Origin: Faecousia sp.
Lineage (GTDB): Bacteria; Bacillota; Clostridia; Oscillospirales; Oscillospiraceae
NCBI GenBank assembly: GCA_050873165.1
Contig: JBNMIH010000003.1
Span: 34,334-98,333, forward strand
DNA length: 64,000 bases
Direction of reading: 5' to 3'
The translations under genes were made by a program, and so were the position numbers. The notes below the pieces were generated by a model, which had not been told where the DNA came from, searched no databases, and saw only the letters and a program-made list of their open reading frames with translations. This document shows positions 26,973 through 36,537 of the stretch, one piece after another (position 1 is the first letter of the stretch; every line of letters begins with the position of its first letter).

Positions 26973-28118
26973 TTATAGAATCAGCGTCCGTTCCTGTTTG
27001 GCCAGTTCCGGCATTCCGGGTCCATCTATCCGGAAGAGTTCGTATAGACTTGCCCACTGCTGTTCCTTTGTGCAGTAATCGGACCCATCTTCCCATCCCA
27101 GGTTGCGGTAGAGTCCCGTTCCCTTGGCCCCCTTCAGAACCTCCCGGCCTTTGGTATTAAAGGCCAAGATCCGGGCATAAGGAGCAGACTGCGCCAGCTC
27201 CTCCTTGGTGATCCCCAGAAAGGCGCACAGCACCATCCGGTTCAGCCGGGTCCGGGTGTAGCGCTTGGTCTTTACGGCGGTGAGAATGCTCTCCAGGCAC
27301 CCCTCCTCCCGGCAGGCGTGCATGAGCCGCCGCCACAGCCCTTCGGAACCGTAGGGGAGGGCTTCAAAGTCGGCATCCGTCATGGTCCGCAGCCGGTAGA
27401 GCACCGCCCGCTCTCCGGCAGCCAGACTGTGGATGGGGGCGTCTTTCAGGCACTCTGCCGCGTTTTGGGGCAGGAAGCCCTCCCAAGGAAGCCCGGCGAG
27501 GATCGCCGCGCGCAGGGCGGTGGCGGAAGGGTTCTCCGGGTCCGGTGTCTCGGCATGGTAGTCCCCGGGACGGTGAATGGGGAAGGGGGTCAGAGCGCTC
27601 CCCAGCTCCAGGATGGCCTTGCAGTATTCCACCCCCAGAATGTCGTTTGGCCTGGCAAGAAGGCCGGCGGGCACGCCCATCTGCTCCAGGGCTGCCTGTC
27701 TCGCCGCGGGGAAGCTGACGCCGGTGGAGAGGGCGGCGCGGAGTGCATCGGAAAATTCCGGCTTCAGCAGGGCCTCCGCCGTGGCGGTGAGCTGCCCGGC
27801 GGTGCCGGACTCGGTTCCGAAGCAAAGATAGTCACAAATGGGGGAAAGAAACCGGATCCCTGTCCGGGCAAACCCCTCGGCGGAAGAGAGGCTCCCCAGG
27901 ACAGGCAGCTCCAGCACCAGGTCGGCGCCGCTTTCCATAGCGGCCCGGGCTCGGTCCAGCCTGGGGAAAACAGCGGGCTCCCCCCGCTGGACAAAGGAAC
28001 CACTCATCAGGCAGACAATGGCCGCGTCTTGGCCAAACTGCCGGCGAACGAGATCAATTTGCCGGGCGTGGCCCAGGTGGAAGGGGTTGTACTCACAGAT
28101 AATGCCGACGGATGCCAA
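26973..28118 (-). CDS. tmcAL: tRNA(Met) cytidine acetate ligase
   Basis: EYNPFHLGH, MSGSFVQRGEP, PNDILGVEY, SATALR. Confidence 0.88.
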   Translation of the reverse strand: MASVGIICEYNPFHLGHARQIDLVRRQFGQDAAIVCLMSGSFVQRGEPAVFPRLDRARAAMESGADLVLELPVLGSLSSAEGFARTGIRFLSPICDYLCFGTESGTAGQLTATAEALLKPEFSDALRAALSTGVSFPAARQAALEQMGVPAGLLARPNDILGVEYCKAILELGSALTPFPIHRPGDYHAETPDPENPSATALRAAILAGLPWEGFLPQNAAECLKDAPIHSLAAGERAVLYRLRTMTDADFEALPYGSEGLWRRLMHACREEGCLESILTAVKTKRYTRTRLNRMVLCAFLGITKEELAQSAPYARILAFNTKGREVLKGAKGTGLYRNLGWEDGSDYCTKEQQWASLYELFRIDGPGMPELAKQERTLIL

Positions 28119-28252
28119 AGTTTTTCCTCCAATCTGAAAAAAATTTCCTGTTAGGGGTTGAGAAAACGGGAAAGATGGAATATAATATCCTCGTTATCAT
28201 ACCACAGCGCAATGAAAAAGAAAACATTATTTTTAAAACGGAGGAGATTCCA

Positions 28253-29449
28253 ATGAACGTTTTGATTATTAATGCCGGTAGTTCTTCCCTGAAGTACCAG
28301 CTCATGAACCCCGAGACCGGCGATGTCTCTGCCAAGGGCCTGTGCGAGCGTATCTACATCGACGGCCGCCTGACCCACAAGGTCGGTGACAAGAAGGTGG
28401 TCAAGGACATCCCCATGCCCACCCACTCCGAGGCCATTGCCGCGGTGCTGGACATCCTGGTTGATCCTGTGGACGGCGTCATCAAGTCCGTTGACGAGAT
28501 CGATGCTGTGGGCCACCGCGTACTCCATGGCGGCATGGAGTTCTCCGATTCCTGCATCATCGACGACGAGGTCATCAAGGCCATCGAGAAGTGCATCCCC
28601 CTGGGACCCCTCCACAACCCTGCCAACCTGATGGGCATCCGTGCCTGCCAGGCGGTCATGCCCAACACCCCCCAGGTCGCTGTCTTCGACACCGCTTTCC
28701 ACATGACCATGCCCCCCAAGGCCTACCGCTACGCCATTCCCAAGGAATACTACGAGAATGACGACATCCGCCGCTATGGCTTCCACGGCACCTCCCACAA
28801 GTATGTGGCCAAGCGCACTGCAGAGCTGATCGGCAAGAAGAACTTCAAGATGGTCAACTGCCACCTGGGCAACGGCTCCTCCCTGTCCGCCATCAAGGAC
28901 GGCAAGTGCATGGATACCTCCATGGGCCTTTCTCCTCTGGCCGGTGTCCCCATGGGCACCCGCTCCGGTGACATTGACGCCTGTGTGGTGCAGTTCATCT
29001 GCAACAAGTACAAAATGAGCGTGGACGACTGCCTGACCATGCTGAACAAGAAGTCCGGTATGCTGGCTCTGTCCGGCGTGTCCTCCGACTTCCGTGACCT
29101 GGGCGACGGCGCCGACAAGGGCAACGAGGACTGCAAGCTGGCTCTGGAGAAGTTCTCCTACGAGGTCGCTAAGTACGTCGGCGCTTACGCTGCTGCCCTG
29201 AACGGCATCGATGTGCTGACCTTCACTGCCGGTGTTGGCGAAAACGACGGCCTGGTTCGGGCTATGGTCTGCGACTACCTGGGATTCATGGGCGTCAAGC
29301 TGGATCCCGAGCTGAACAAGAGCCGCGGCAAGGAGATGGTCATCTCCACTCCCGACTCCAAGGTCCAGGTCTGGGTGGTCCCCACCAACGAAGAGCTGAT
29401 GATCGCTCAGGACACCGCCGAGCTGGTCAACGCCGCCAAGGCAAAGTAA
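28253..29449 (+). CDS. ackA: Acetate kinase
   Basis: INAGSSSLKYQL, GHRVLHGG, RRYGFHGTSH, MGTRSGD, PTNEEL. Confidence 0.98.
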   Translation: MNVLIINAGSSSLKYQLMNPETGDVSAKGLCERIYIDGRLTHKVGDKKVVKDIPMPTHSEAIAAVLDILVDPVDGVIKSVDEIDAVGHRVLHGGMEFSDSCIIDDEVIKAIEKCIPLGPLHNPANLMGIRACQAVMPNTPQVAVFDTAFHMTMPPKAYRYAIPKEYYENDDIRRYGFHGTSHKYVAKRTAELIGKKNFKMVNCHLGNGSSLSAIKDGKCMDTSMGLSPLAGVPMGTRSGDIDACVVQFICNKYKMSVDDCLTMLNKKSGMLALSGVSSDFRDLGDGADKGNEDCKLALEKFSYEVAKYVGAYAAALNGIDVLTFTAGVGENDGLVRAMVCDYLGFMGVKLDPELNKSRGKEMVISTPDSKVQVWVVPTNEELMIAQDTAELVNAAKAK

Positions 29450-29510
29450 GTTAAAAACCTTTTGGGCCGCCGCATACTGCGGCGGCCTTCTCTGTTAGAA
29501 AGGAAAAACA

Positions 29511-30716
29511 ATGGAATCTGTTGTCCAGCGCTTTCTGCGCTATGTAAGCTATGAAACCACCTCCGACGAATTCACCGGCACCACTCCCTCCACCCCGGGG
29601 CAGAAGGTGCTGGGGGCTGCCCTGGTGGAGGAAATGAAGGCCATGGGCATTGCGGATGCCCACATGGATGAGATGGGCTATGTCTACGGCACTGTCTCCG
29701 GGGACGAAAGCCTGCCTACCATCGGACTCATCGCCCATATGGATACGGCCCCGGACGCCTCCGGCAAGGATATTCAGGCGAAAATCATCAAGTACGACGG
29801 GGGAGACATCCTCCTGAACGAGGAAAAGGGCATCTACCTGAGATCTGACGAATACGAGTCCCTGGCCCGGAACGTGGGCAAGCACCTGATCGTCACAGAT
29901 GGCACCACCTTGCTGGGGGCCGACGATAAGGCCGGCGTGGCGGAGATCCTCACGGCGGCGGAGCGGCTGCTGACAGAGGGCGGCAGGCACGCTACGGTGA
30001 AGATCGGCTTTACCCCCGACGAGGAGATCGGCTGCGGAGCGGACCACTTTGATGTGAAAGGGTTTGGGGCGGACTATGCCTACACCGCCGACGGCGGCAC
30101 CCTGGGTGAGCTGGAATACGAGAACTTCAACGCCGCCTCTGCTGTGGTGACGGTCCACGGCCTGAACATCCACCCGGGCTCCGCCAAGAACAAAATGGTC
30201 AATTCCCAGCGCATCGCCATGGAGTTTGACGGCCTTCTGCCCGTGCAGCAGAAGCCGGAGTACACGGAAGGCTACGAGGGCTTTCTCCACCTGACGGATA
30301 TGCAGGGTGAGGTGGAAAAGACCGTCCTGCGCTATATCGTCCGGGACCACGACAAGGAAAAATTCCAGGAGAAAAAAGAGGTTATGGCGGCTGCCGCGGA
30401 GTACCTCAACAGGAAGTATGGCGCCGGTACTGTGGAGCTGACCCTGAAGGACAGCTACTACAATATGCGGGAAAAGATCGAGCCCTGCATGTATATTGTG
30501 GACCGGGCCAGAAAGGCCATGGAGCTGGTGGGCATGGAGCCCAAGGCTGTCCCCGTCCGGGGCGGCACCGATGGTGCCAGACTGTCCTACGAGGGCCTGC
30601 CCTGTCCGAATCTGTGCACCGGCGGGGAAAACTACCATGGCCGTTTTGAGTACATCCCTACAGAGGATATGGAAAAGTGCGTGGAGATGCTCCTGGCCCT
30701 GGTTCGTACATTCTAA
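29511..30716 (+). CDS. pepT: Peptidase T
   Basis: AHMDTAP, LLGADDKAG, FTPDEEIG, RGGTDG. Confidence 0.96.
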   Translation: MESVVQRFLRYVSYETTSDEFTGTTPSTPGQKVLGAALVEEMKAMGIADAHMDEMGYVYGTVSGDESLPTIGLIAHMDTAPDASGKDIQAKIIKYDGGDILLNEEKGIYLRSDEYESLARNVGKHLIVTDGTTLLGADDKAGVAEILTAAERLLTEGGRHATVKIGFTPDEEIGCGADHFDVKGFGADYAYTADGGTLGELEYENFNAASAVVTVHGLNIHPGSAKNKMVNSQRIAMEFDGLLPVQQKPEYTEGYEGFLHLTDMQGEVEKTVLRYIVRDHDKEKFQEKKEVMAAAAEYLNRKYGAGTVELTLKDSYYNMREKIEPCMYIVDRARKAMELVGMEPKAVPVRGGTDGARLSYEGLPCPNLCTGGENYHGRFEYIPTEDMEKCVEMLLALVRTF

Positions 30717-30874
30717 GGGAATTGACCAAGAAAATTCGTGGAGATTTTACAATTCTTTCCGAATCCCCACTTGCTTTTTTCACTGGGATTGGCTATACTA
30801 TAACCAGTTTCAAAACGTCTGACCTCGGGGCCTCGCGCCCGAGCTGTCCAAGCCTACAATGGGAGGAAATCAAA

Positions 30875-31174
30875 ATGAAAACGTTTAATTCTGTTATGAA
30901 GGTCCTGGCTGTCCTGGCCGCTGTTGCCGGCACCATCTACGTGATCGCCGCTTTCGGCGACAAGATCGTTGCCTGGGCAAAGCGGGTCATCGGCTGCTGC
31001 CCCTGGGATGAGGGTATGGAAGAGGAGACCACCGAAGAGGCTCCTGCCGCTGAGGAGGAGAAGACCGAGGCTCCCGCGGAGGAGGCCCCCGCTGCTGAGG
31101 AAGCTCCCGCCGAGGAAGAGAAGGCCGCTGAGGACAACGCCCCCACTGCCAACGAAGAGGACTTCGAGGGCTGA
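30875..31174 (+). CDS. Small membrane-anchored protein with Glu/Ala/Pro-rich acidic tail
   Basis: GGGAGG RBS, N-terminal TM, repeated EEAPAAEE units, downstream terminator. Confidence 0.75.
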   Translation: MKTFNSVMKVLAVLAAVAGTIYVIAAFGDKIVAWAKRVIGCCPWDEGMEEETTEEAPAAEEEKTEAPAEEAPAAEEAPAEEEKAAEDNAPTANEEDFEG

Positions 31175-31234
31175 TATCACAAGTCGTTCAGGAACCTCCC
31201 CGCTTTGGGGAGGTTTTTTTGAACCTGATGAAAA

Positions 31235-31277
31235 TTGACGCAGGTCAATTGTAATTTCCCATATCCCGGGCTATAAT
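31235..31277 (+). promoter_or_regulatory. Crp/Fnr-type box and -10 element
   Basis: Palindrome TTGAC-GCAG-GTCAA (31235..31248) and TATAAT at 31272. Confidence 0.75.
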
Positions 31278-31305
31278 ACCGTCAGAATACAGATGGGGGT
31301 ATGGT

Positions 31306-33147
31306 ATGAAGCTGCAAAAATGGATCCAAAAAATAAGCATTCCTGCCATGTGGGCTGCCGGCGCTCTGATGGTGCTGGGGATGATTTGTGCCAGACTCCC
31401 GGGAGGCACCGGTTTTTCGGCGGCGGCGTATCTTCTGGCTACGGTTCTGGCGGGAGGACCGATTCTGTTCCGGGCGGTCCAATCCCTCCGGTTTCGGGTG
31501 GTGGGGATCGAGGTGCTGGTAAGCATCGCGGTGATCGGCGCCTGCTGGATCAAAGAATTCAGCGAGGCGGCCATTGTCACCTTCCTCTTCCAGTTTGGCA
31601 CTTACCTGGAGCAGAAGACCATGGTTAGGACCCGCAGCGCCATCAAGGCATTGACGGACCTGGCCCCAACCACCGCCTGGCGGTACGAAGGGGATGCTTT
31701 GGAAGAAATCGATGCCGAGGATGTGGAAGAAGGGGATGCCCTTCTGGTTAAAACCGGCAGCCGCATCGCCGCCGACGGCGTGGTCGTAAAGGGCGAGGGC
31801 TATGTGACGGAGGCCAGCATCACAGGAGAGCCGGAGCCCAAGCACAAACAGCCGGGGGACACCCTTTTCGCCGGAACGGTGCTGGAAAGCGGTGCCCTGG
31901 ATATGCAGGCACAGAAGGTAGGGGAGGACACCACCTTTTCCAAAATCATTCAGCTGGTGGAGGAGGCCCAGGATGCCAAATCCCCGGCAGAGCGGTTTAT
32001 TGACAAATTTGCCAGGTACTACACCCCGGCGGTGGTGCTCATTGCCCTTCTGGTGCTCATGTTTACCAAGAATCTGGATACCGCAATTACTGTTTTGGTG
32101 CTGGCCTGTCCGGGAGCACTGGTCATCGGTGCGCCCATTGCCAATGTGGCGGGGGTGGGCCGAGGGGCCAGGGAAGGGGTGCTGCTCAAAGGCGGAGACA
32201 GCATCGATGCCTTTGCCCGGACGGACACCTTCGTCTTCGACAAAACCGGGACCCTGACCCTGGGCAGACCCCAGGTGACGGAGGTGCTGTCCTTTGGGGA
32301 CGAGGGCTGCTTGGGCCTGGCTGCTGCTGCGGAGCGGGGCTGCGCGCATCCCCTGGGCCGGGCGGTGCTGGAATATGCCGCTGCCCGGAATGCGGAGGTC
32401 CCCGCAGTGGACAAGGTGGAGGACCAAAAGGGCCGGGGCGTCCGGGCCTGGGTCCAGGATCATGTCGTTCTGGTGGGCAGCCGTCGCTTCCTGGAGGAGG
32501 AGCAGGTGGAACTATCCCAAGATGCGGAAGAGAAGCTGGAGGCCCTACAGAATACCGGGGCCAGTCTGGTGCTCTGCGCGGTAGACGGAAAACTCCGGCT
32601 GATGTTCGGCATTTCGGACCCCGTGAAGGAGGACGCCGTCGCCTGTGTCCGCAGCCTGCGAAAGAGGGCCCGGGTGGTGATGCTCACCGGGGACCATCCC
32701 GCCGCCGCCAAAATTACTGCCGGGAACCTTGGCATTACAGAATACCAAGGCGGGCTTCTGCCCCAGGATAAGGCGGCCTATATTGAGAAGCTGCGTGAGG
32801 AAGGCCATACCGTCACCTTTGTGGGAGACGGCATCAACGACAGTCCGGCCCTGACCACCGCCGACACCGGCATCGCCATGGGTTCCGGTACGGATGTGGC
32901 GGTGGACTGCTCTCAGGTGGTACTGATGGGGGACCGGCTTTCCGGGCTGCCGACAGCTTTTCAGCTGGCAAAATGCACCGTCCGGGTCCTGCGTCAGAAT
33001 ATTGCCATTGCCATCGGCACTGTGGTGCTGCTGCTTCTGGGCCTCTTTGCGGGCTACATTCACATGGGCCTGGGGATGCTGATCCACGAGGGCAGCATTC
33101 TGGTGGTCATTTTCAACGCAATGCGTATTGGAAGGAGAAAACTATGA
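31306..33147 (+). CDS. Heavy-metal P1B-type ATPase
   Basis: TGE, CPG, DKTGTLT, HP, GDGINDSP, HEGS. Confidence 0.93.
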   Translation: MKLQKWIQKISIPAMWAAGALMVLGMICARLPGGTGFSAAAYLLATVLAGGPILFRAVQSLRFRVVGIEVLVSIAVIGACWIKEFSEAAIVTFLFQFGTYLEQKTMVRTRSAIKALTDLAPTTAWRYEGDALEEIDAEDVEEGDALLVKTGSRIAADGVVVKGEGYVTEASITGEPEPKHKQPGDTLFAGTVLESGALDMQAQKVGEDTTFSKIIQLVEEAQDAKSPAERFIDKFARYYTPAVVLIALLVLMFTKNLDTAITVLVLACPGALVIGAPIANVAGVGRGAREGVLLKGGDSIDAFARTDTFVFDKTGTLTLGRPQVTEVLSFGDEGCLGLAAAAERGCAHPLGRAVLEYAAARNAEVPAVDKVEDQKGRGVRAWVQDHVVLVGSRRFLEEEQVELSQDAEEKLEALQNTGASLVLCAVDGKLRLMFGISDPVKEDAVACVRSLRKRARVVMLTGDHPAAAKITAGNLGITEYQGGLLPQDKAAYIEKLREEGHTVTFVGDGINDSPALTTADTGIAMGSGTDVAVDCSQVVLMGDRLSGLPTAFQLAKCTVRVLRQNIAIAIGTVVLLLLGLFAGYIHMGLGMLIHEGSILVVIFNAMRIGRRKL

Positions 33148-33353
33148 AGAAAACCATTCAAATGGAAGAACTGGTGTGCCCCATGTGCGCCCAGAAAATC
33201 GAAACTGCCTTAAAAAAGGCCCCCGGCGTCCAGAGCGCCTCTGTGCTCTACAACGCCAGCAAGGCAAAGGTAGAGTTTGACGAGGCTGTGACGGACCTGG
33301 GGAAGCTGGAGGCCGTTATTGAGGGCCTGGGCTATGTGGTGATCCGCAAGTAA
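33144..33353 (+). CDS. HMA-domain metallochaperone
   Basis: LVCPMCAQKIE (CxxC); 69 aa; ATGA overlap with the ATPase. Confidence 0.88.
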   Translation: MKKTIQMEELVCPMCAQKIETALKKAPGVQSASVLYNASKAKVEFDEAVTDLGKLEAVIEGLGYVVIRK

Positions 33354-33366
33354 AGGAGAGAAAGCT

Positions 33367-33603
33367 ATGAATACCGAAATCATCAAGGAACTGGACAAAA
33401 TTCTGCCCGTGGTAGAGCGGGTCCACGGCGACAACCACCCCGAGCTCCACGAAGTGGCGAAGCTCTACGGGGAACTGAAGCAGGGGGCCCATGTGGCAGA
33501 CAAGCTGCGGGAAGTGACGGGAAACTTCACCGTTCCCGCCGATGCCTGCCCCACCTTTGCCAAGACCTATGCTGACCTGGAAGAGCTGACCCGGGGGCTG
33601 TGA
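33367..33603 (+). CDS. Mini Ric/ScdA-like (hemerythrin-fragment) protein
   Basis: VERVHGDNHPEL and LREVTGNFTVPADACPTF motifs. Confidence 0.75.
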   Translation: MNTEIIKELDKILPVVERVHGDNHPELHEVAKLYGELKQGAHVADKLREVTGNFTVPADACPTFAKTYADLEELTRGL

Positions 33604-34286
33604 TGGAAAGCTGCTGCCACTGCCGGGAGGATGTGCCCTGCGCAGCCAAAATCGGGATCTTTCAGCAGCTGGACCTGGAGAGCCAGAGGCGTGTCAGTGC
33701 CTTGGCTGTCCACAAACAGCTGGAAAAGGGGGCGCTGCTCTTTTCCCCGGAGGAGAATCCGGGCCTGTATCTGCTGTCCCAGGGGCGGGTGAAGGTTTAC
33801 TCCCTTTCGGACTCCGGAAAAGAGACTCTGATCCGGGTCCTGCGGGAGGGGGATTTCGTGGGGGAAGAGGCTTTGTTTGGAGCCGGGAAGACCTGCACTT
33901 ACGGGGAAGCCCTGACGGCTGCCCGGGTGTGCCTGATTCCCCGGGAGGCGTTTCTGAACCTTTTGAATCAGTACCCCTCCATCAGTCTGAAGCTGCTGGA
34001 GGAAATGAACCGGCGGCTCCAGGTACTGACCCGGCAGACGGCGGCAGAGTCCGGCAGCCAGGTGAAAAGCCGCCTGATCCGATATCTGATGGAACTGTCC
34101 GATGCCCAGCAGACCCAGACGGTGACCCTGCCCTTAAGCGGGAAAGAGCTGGCCCATTTCCTGGGAACGACCCCGGAGACCTTGTCCCGCCGCTGGTCTG
34201 CCCTGGAAAAAGAAAGGCTTGTTATCAAAAAAGGAAAGCTGGTTTCCCTTTTGGATAAGGGAAGGCTGGAAGAAAGCGCGCAGTAA
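33600..34286 (+). CDS. Crp/Fnr family regulator (Flp-like)
   Basis: N-terminal Cys cluster, GDFVGE, HTH motif GTTPETLSR. Confidence 0.92.
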   Translation: MMESCCHCREDVPCAAKIGIFQQLDLESQRRVSALAVHKQLEKGALLFSPEENPGLYLLSQGRVKVYSLSDSGKETLIRVLREGDFVGEEALFGAGKTCTYGEALTAARVCLIPREAFLNLLNQYPSISLKLLEEMNRRLQVLTRQTAAESGSQVKSRLIRYLMELSDAQQTQTVTLPLSGKELAHFLGTTPETLSRRWSALEKERLVIKKGKLVSLLDKGRLEESAQ

Positions 34287-34316
34287 AAAATGGACGGCCG
34301 AAGCCGTCCATTTTTT
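34285..34316. terminator. Bidirectional terminator
   Basis: AAAAAATGGACGGC-CGAA-GCCGTCCATTTTTT. Confidence 0.85.
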
Positions 34317-35112
34317 ATACATATCCGTACAGCCCCCGGACACTGACCTCTCCCGAGGACACCGGAGCCACCGTGCCGTCCTCGAATCGGACGATCAGGT
34401 CCCCGTTGGGGCCGATGTCCAGGGCGGTGCCGTGGCGGACCTCCTCCCCCCGGACCAGGGAAATTTTCTGCCCCAGGGTGATGCAGTCCTTTCGGTACTG
34501 CTCCAGCATGGTGACCTTGCCGGTGAAGAGGTTTTGCCGAAGAACGGCGAAAGCCTCCATCATGGCGGCGGCCACCTTCGGCCGGGAGATCTCCTGCCCC
34601 GTGACCATGGACAGGGACCCGGCAGTGGCTTGGATGGCCTCCGGAAAATCTTCCTGCCTTTGGCAGCAGTTGATGCCCACGCCGATGACCACATAGTCCA
34701 CAGTTTCCTGGGATGTCATGCCCAATTCCGCCAGAATGCCGGAGATTTTTCTTTTTTTGCAGACCAGGTCGTTGGTCCACTTGATCCCCGGCCGGGTGCC
34801 TGTGGCTTTTTCCACGGCGTCGCACATGGCGACACCTACGCCGCAGGTCAGGTGCATGATGTCCTCCGGAGGGCAGTTTGGCCGCAGCAGCACGCTCATA
34901 TAGATGCCCACCCCGCTGGGGGATTGGAAGCTCCGGCCCAGGCGGCCTTTGCCGCCGGTCTGGCAGTCCGCTACCGCCAGGGTCCCTTCCGGGGCCCCCT
35001 GGGCGGCCAGTTTTTTCAGGTAGTTATTGGTGGAATCAATGGTATCCAGATAAATAAATCGGTCCCGCCAAGGATAATCCTGGGAAAGACAGGAGAGAAT
35101 TTCGTCTTTCAT
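34315..35112 (-). CDS. birA: Biotin-protein ligase (no N-terminal HTH)
   Basis: DSTN, QTGGKGRLGRSF, KWTND, KISGIL. Confidence 0.92.
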   Translation of the reverse strand: MKDEILSCLSQDYPWRDRFIYLDTIDSTNNYLKKLAAQGAPEGTLAVADCQTGGKGRLGRSFQSPSGVGIYMSVLLRPNCPPEDIMHLTCGVGVAMCDAVEKATGTRPGIKWTNDLVCKKRKISGILAELGMTSQETVDYVVIGVGINCCQRQEDFPEAIQATAGSLSMVTGQEISRPKVAAAMMEAFAVLRQNLFTGKVTMLEQYRKDCITLGQKISLVRGEEVRHGTALDIGPNGDLIVRFEDGTVAPVSSGEVSVRGLYGYV

Positions 35113-35114
35113 CC

Positions 35115-36527
35115 TTAGTCCACATCCTTTATGACTTCTTCCGGGGCCACGTCCAGCAGCTCCGGATGGTAGAAGACCCGCTTAAAATACTTGATGAAGG
35201 TGGCATAGTAGAACCCGTCTACCGTCCGCTCGTCCAGAGTGAACCGGAAATCGATGTATTTCCGCTGGACCGGCTCCCCCTCCTCGTTCAGCTCCATGGC
35301 CTTGCGCTTGCAGCCGAAGGCGCCGAACACCGGCAGATTGCCGAAGTCATATAGGTGGTGATATACGGGGGGAATACCCAGAGAGCCCAGGGAGGTGAAG
35401 TAGACACTGCCGTGGAAGGGGCTGACCTCCAGCAGAGCCTTGGGCAGGAGCCCAAAGTAATCCATGGTTTTCAGCAGCCACACCAAAAATTTCAGCATCA
35501 CTCCGGGGACCAGGGTCAGGGCAAAGGCCACGTTGTCCACGCCGGCATCCAAGGGTGTATTTTTGACCTTGGTGATTTCCTCGTTCATTTTCCGGTATAC
35601 GTCGTAGGACGTGTCTCTGGGGGTCAGGTGGAGCTTGATCTCCGTCTCCGCCCCGTCGGTGGACATATCCTTTTTGATGGTCATGCAGAACTGGATGTCC
35701 TCCCCCCGGGAGTATATCCGCTGCCCGGCAACAAATCGGTTGACCCCCGGGTATTTGGCCACCGCCCGGCAGTAGCAGGCCAGAAACATGTGGAGCATGC
35801 CGAAGTTGTTCAGCCCCTCCCGGCGCTTATTTCGGATATAGCGTTCCGCACCGGTGATTTCAAAATGCTCCTCGTAGAGGTTGGAGGAGCCGTTCCGGTT
35901 GACCATGATGTAGGGGGCGATCATGCTGGCGGGGGGGAGGCTTCGCAGCCGCCGCCCGTCTACCCGGTCTCCCCAGGTGGGGTGATACTCCCCGGCAGGG
36001 GAGATGCGGATGGCAAAGACCAGCAGCGTGCAGCCCACAAACAGCAGAGTATTGGGCAGCAGAAGCAGTACGCCGTTCCAATCCTTCTGGAAAATGGCCT
36101 GACGGTTGAAGTAATAAATGCCCGCCAGAGGCAGCAGCATAATGGGGAACAGCAGCCACACCCGATGGACCCGCTGGCCGGAAATCACATCCATATAGAG
36201 GAAGGCGAAGAAGAACAGGCTGATCCACAGCAGCCAGACCATGGCCCGGGAGCCCAAGGTCTCCTTGACCCATAGGGCGGCAAACAGGGCCAGCATCCAC
36301 ACGGGGATGGCGGTTTTATAAAACTGTTCTCTGCCCTGGCAGAGGGTAATTACGATATACAGCACCGTGGCGGCTACCGGCAGCACCACCCGCCACCACA
36401 CGCTGCCGGGGATAGCGTTCATGGAAAAGAGCACGATCCTTCCAATGGCGGAGGCGGAAAGCAGCAGCGTCATGAGCCACACAAAGCCGTTTTTCGGCTC
36501 TACATAAAAGTGAACGTTGTTTTTCAT
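35115..36527 (-). CDS. Multi-TM domain fused to a 2-oxoacid-dehydrogenase-type acyltransferase catalytic domain
   Basis: About six N-terminal TM segments; C-terminal SPFHGSVYFTSLGSLG and FTLDERTVDG. Confidence 0.75.
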   Translation of the reverse strand: MKNNVHFYVEPKNGFVWLMTLLLSASAIGRIVLFSMNAIPGSVWWRVVLPVAATVLYIVITLCQGREQFYKTAIPVWMLALFAALWVKETLGSRAMVWLLWISLFFFAFLYMDVISGQRVHRVWLLFPIMLLPLAGIYYFNRQAIFQKDWNGVLLLLPNTLLFVGCTLLVFAIRISPAGEYHPTWGDRVDGRRLRSLPPASMIAPYIMVNRNGSSNLYEEHFEITGAERYIRNKRREGLNNFGMLHMFLACYCRAVAKYPGVNRFVAGQRIYSRGEDIQFCMTIKKDMSTDGAETEIKLHLTPRDTSYDVYRKMNEEITKVKNTPLDAGVDNVAFALTLVPGVMLKFLVWLLKTMDYFGLLPKALLEVSPFHGSVYFTSLGSLGIPPVYHHLYDFGNLPVFGAFGCKRKAMELNEEGEPVQRKYIDFRFTLDERTVDGFYYATFIKYFKRVFYHPELLDVAPEEVIKDVD

Positions 36528-36537
36528 GGCTGTATCC

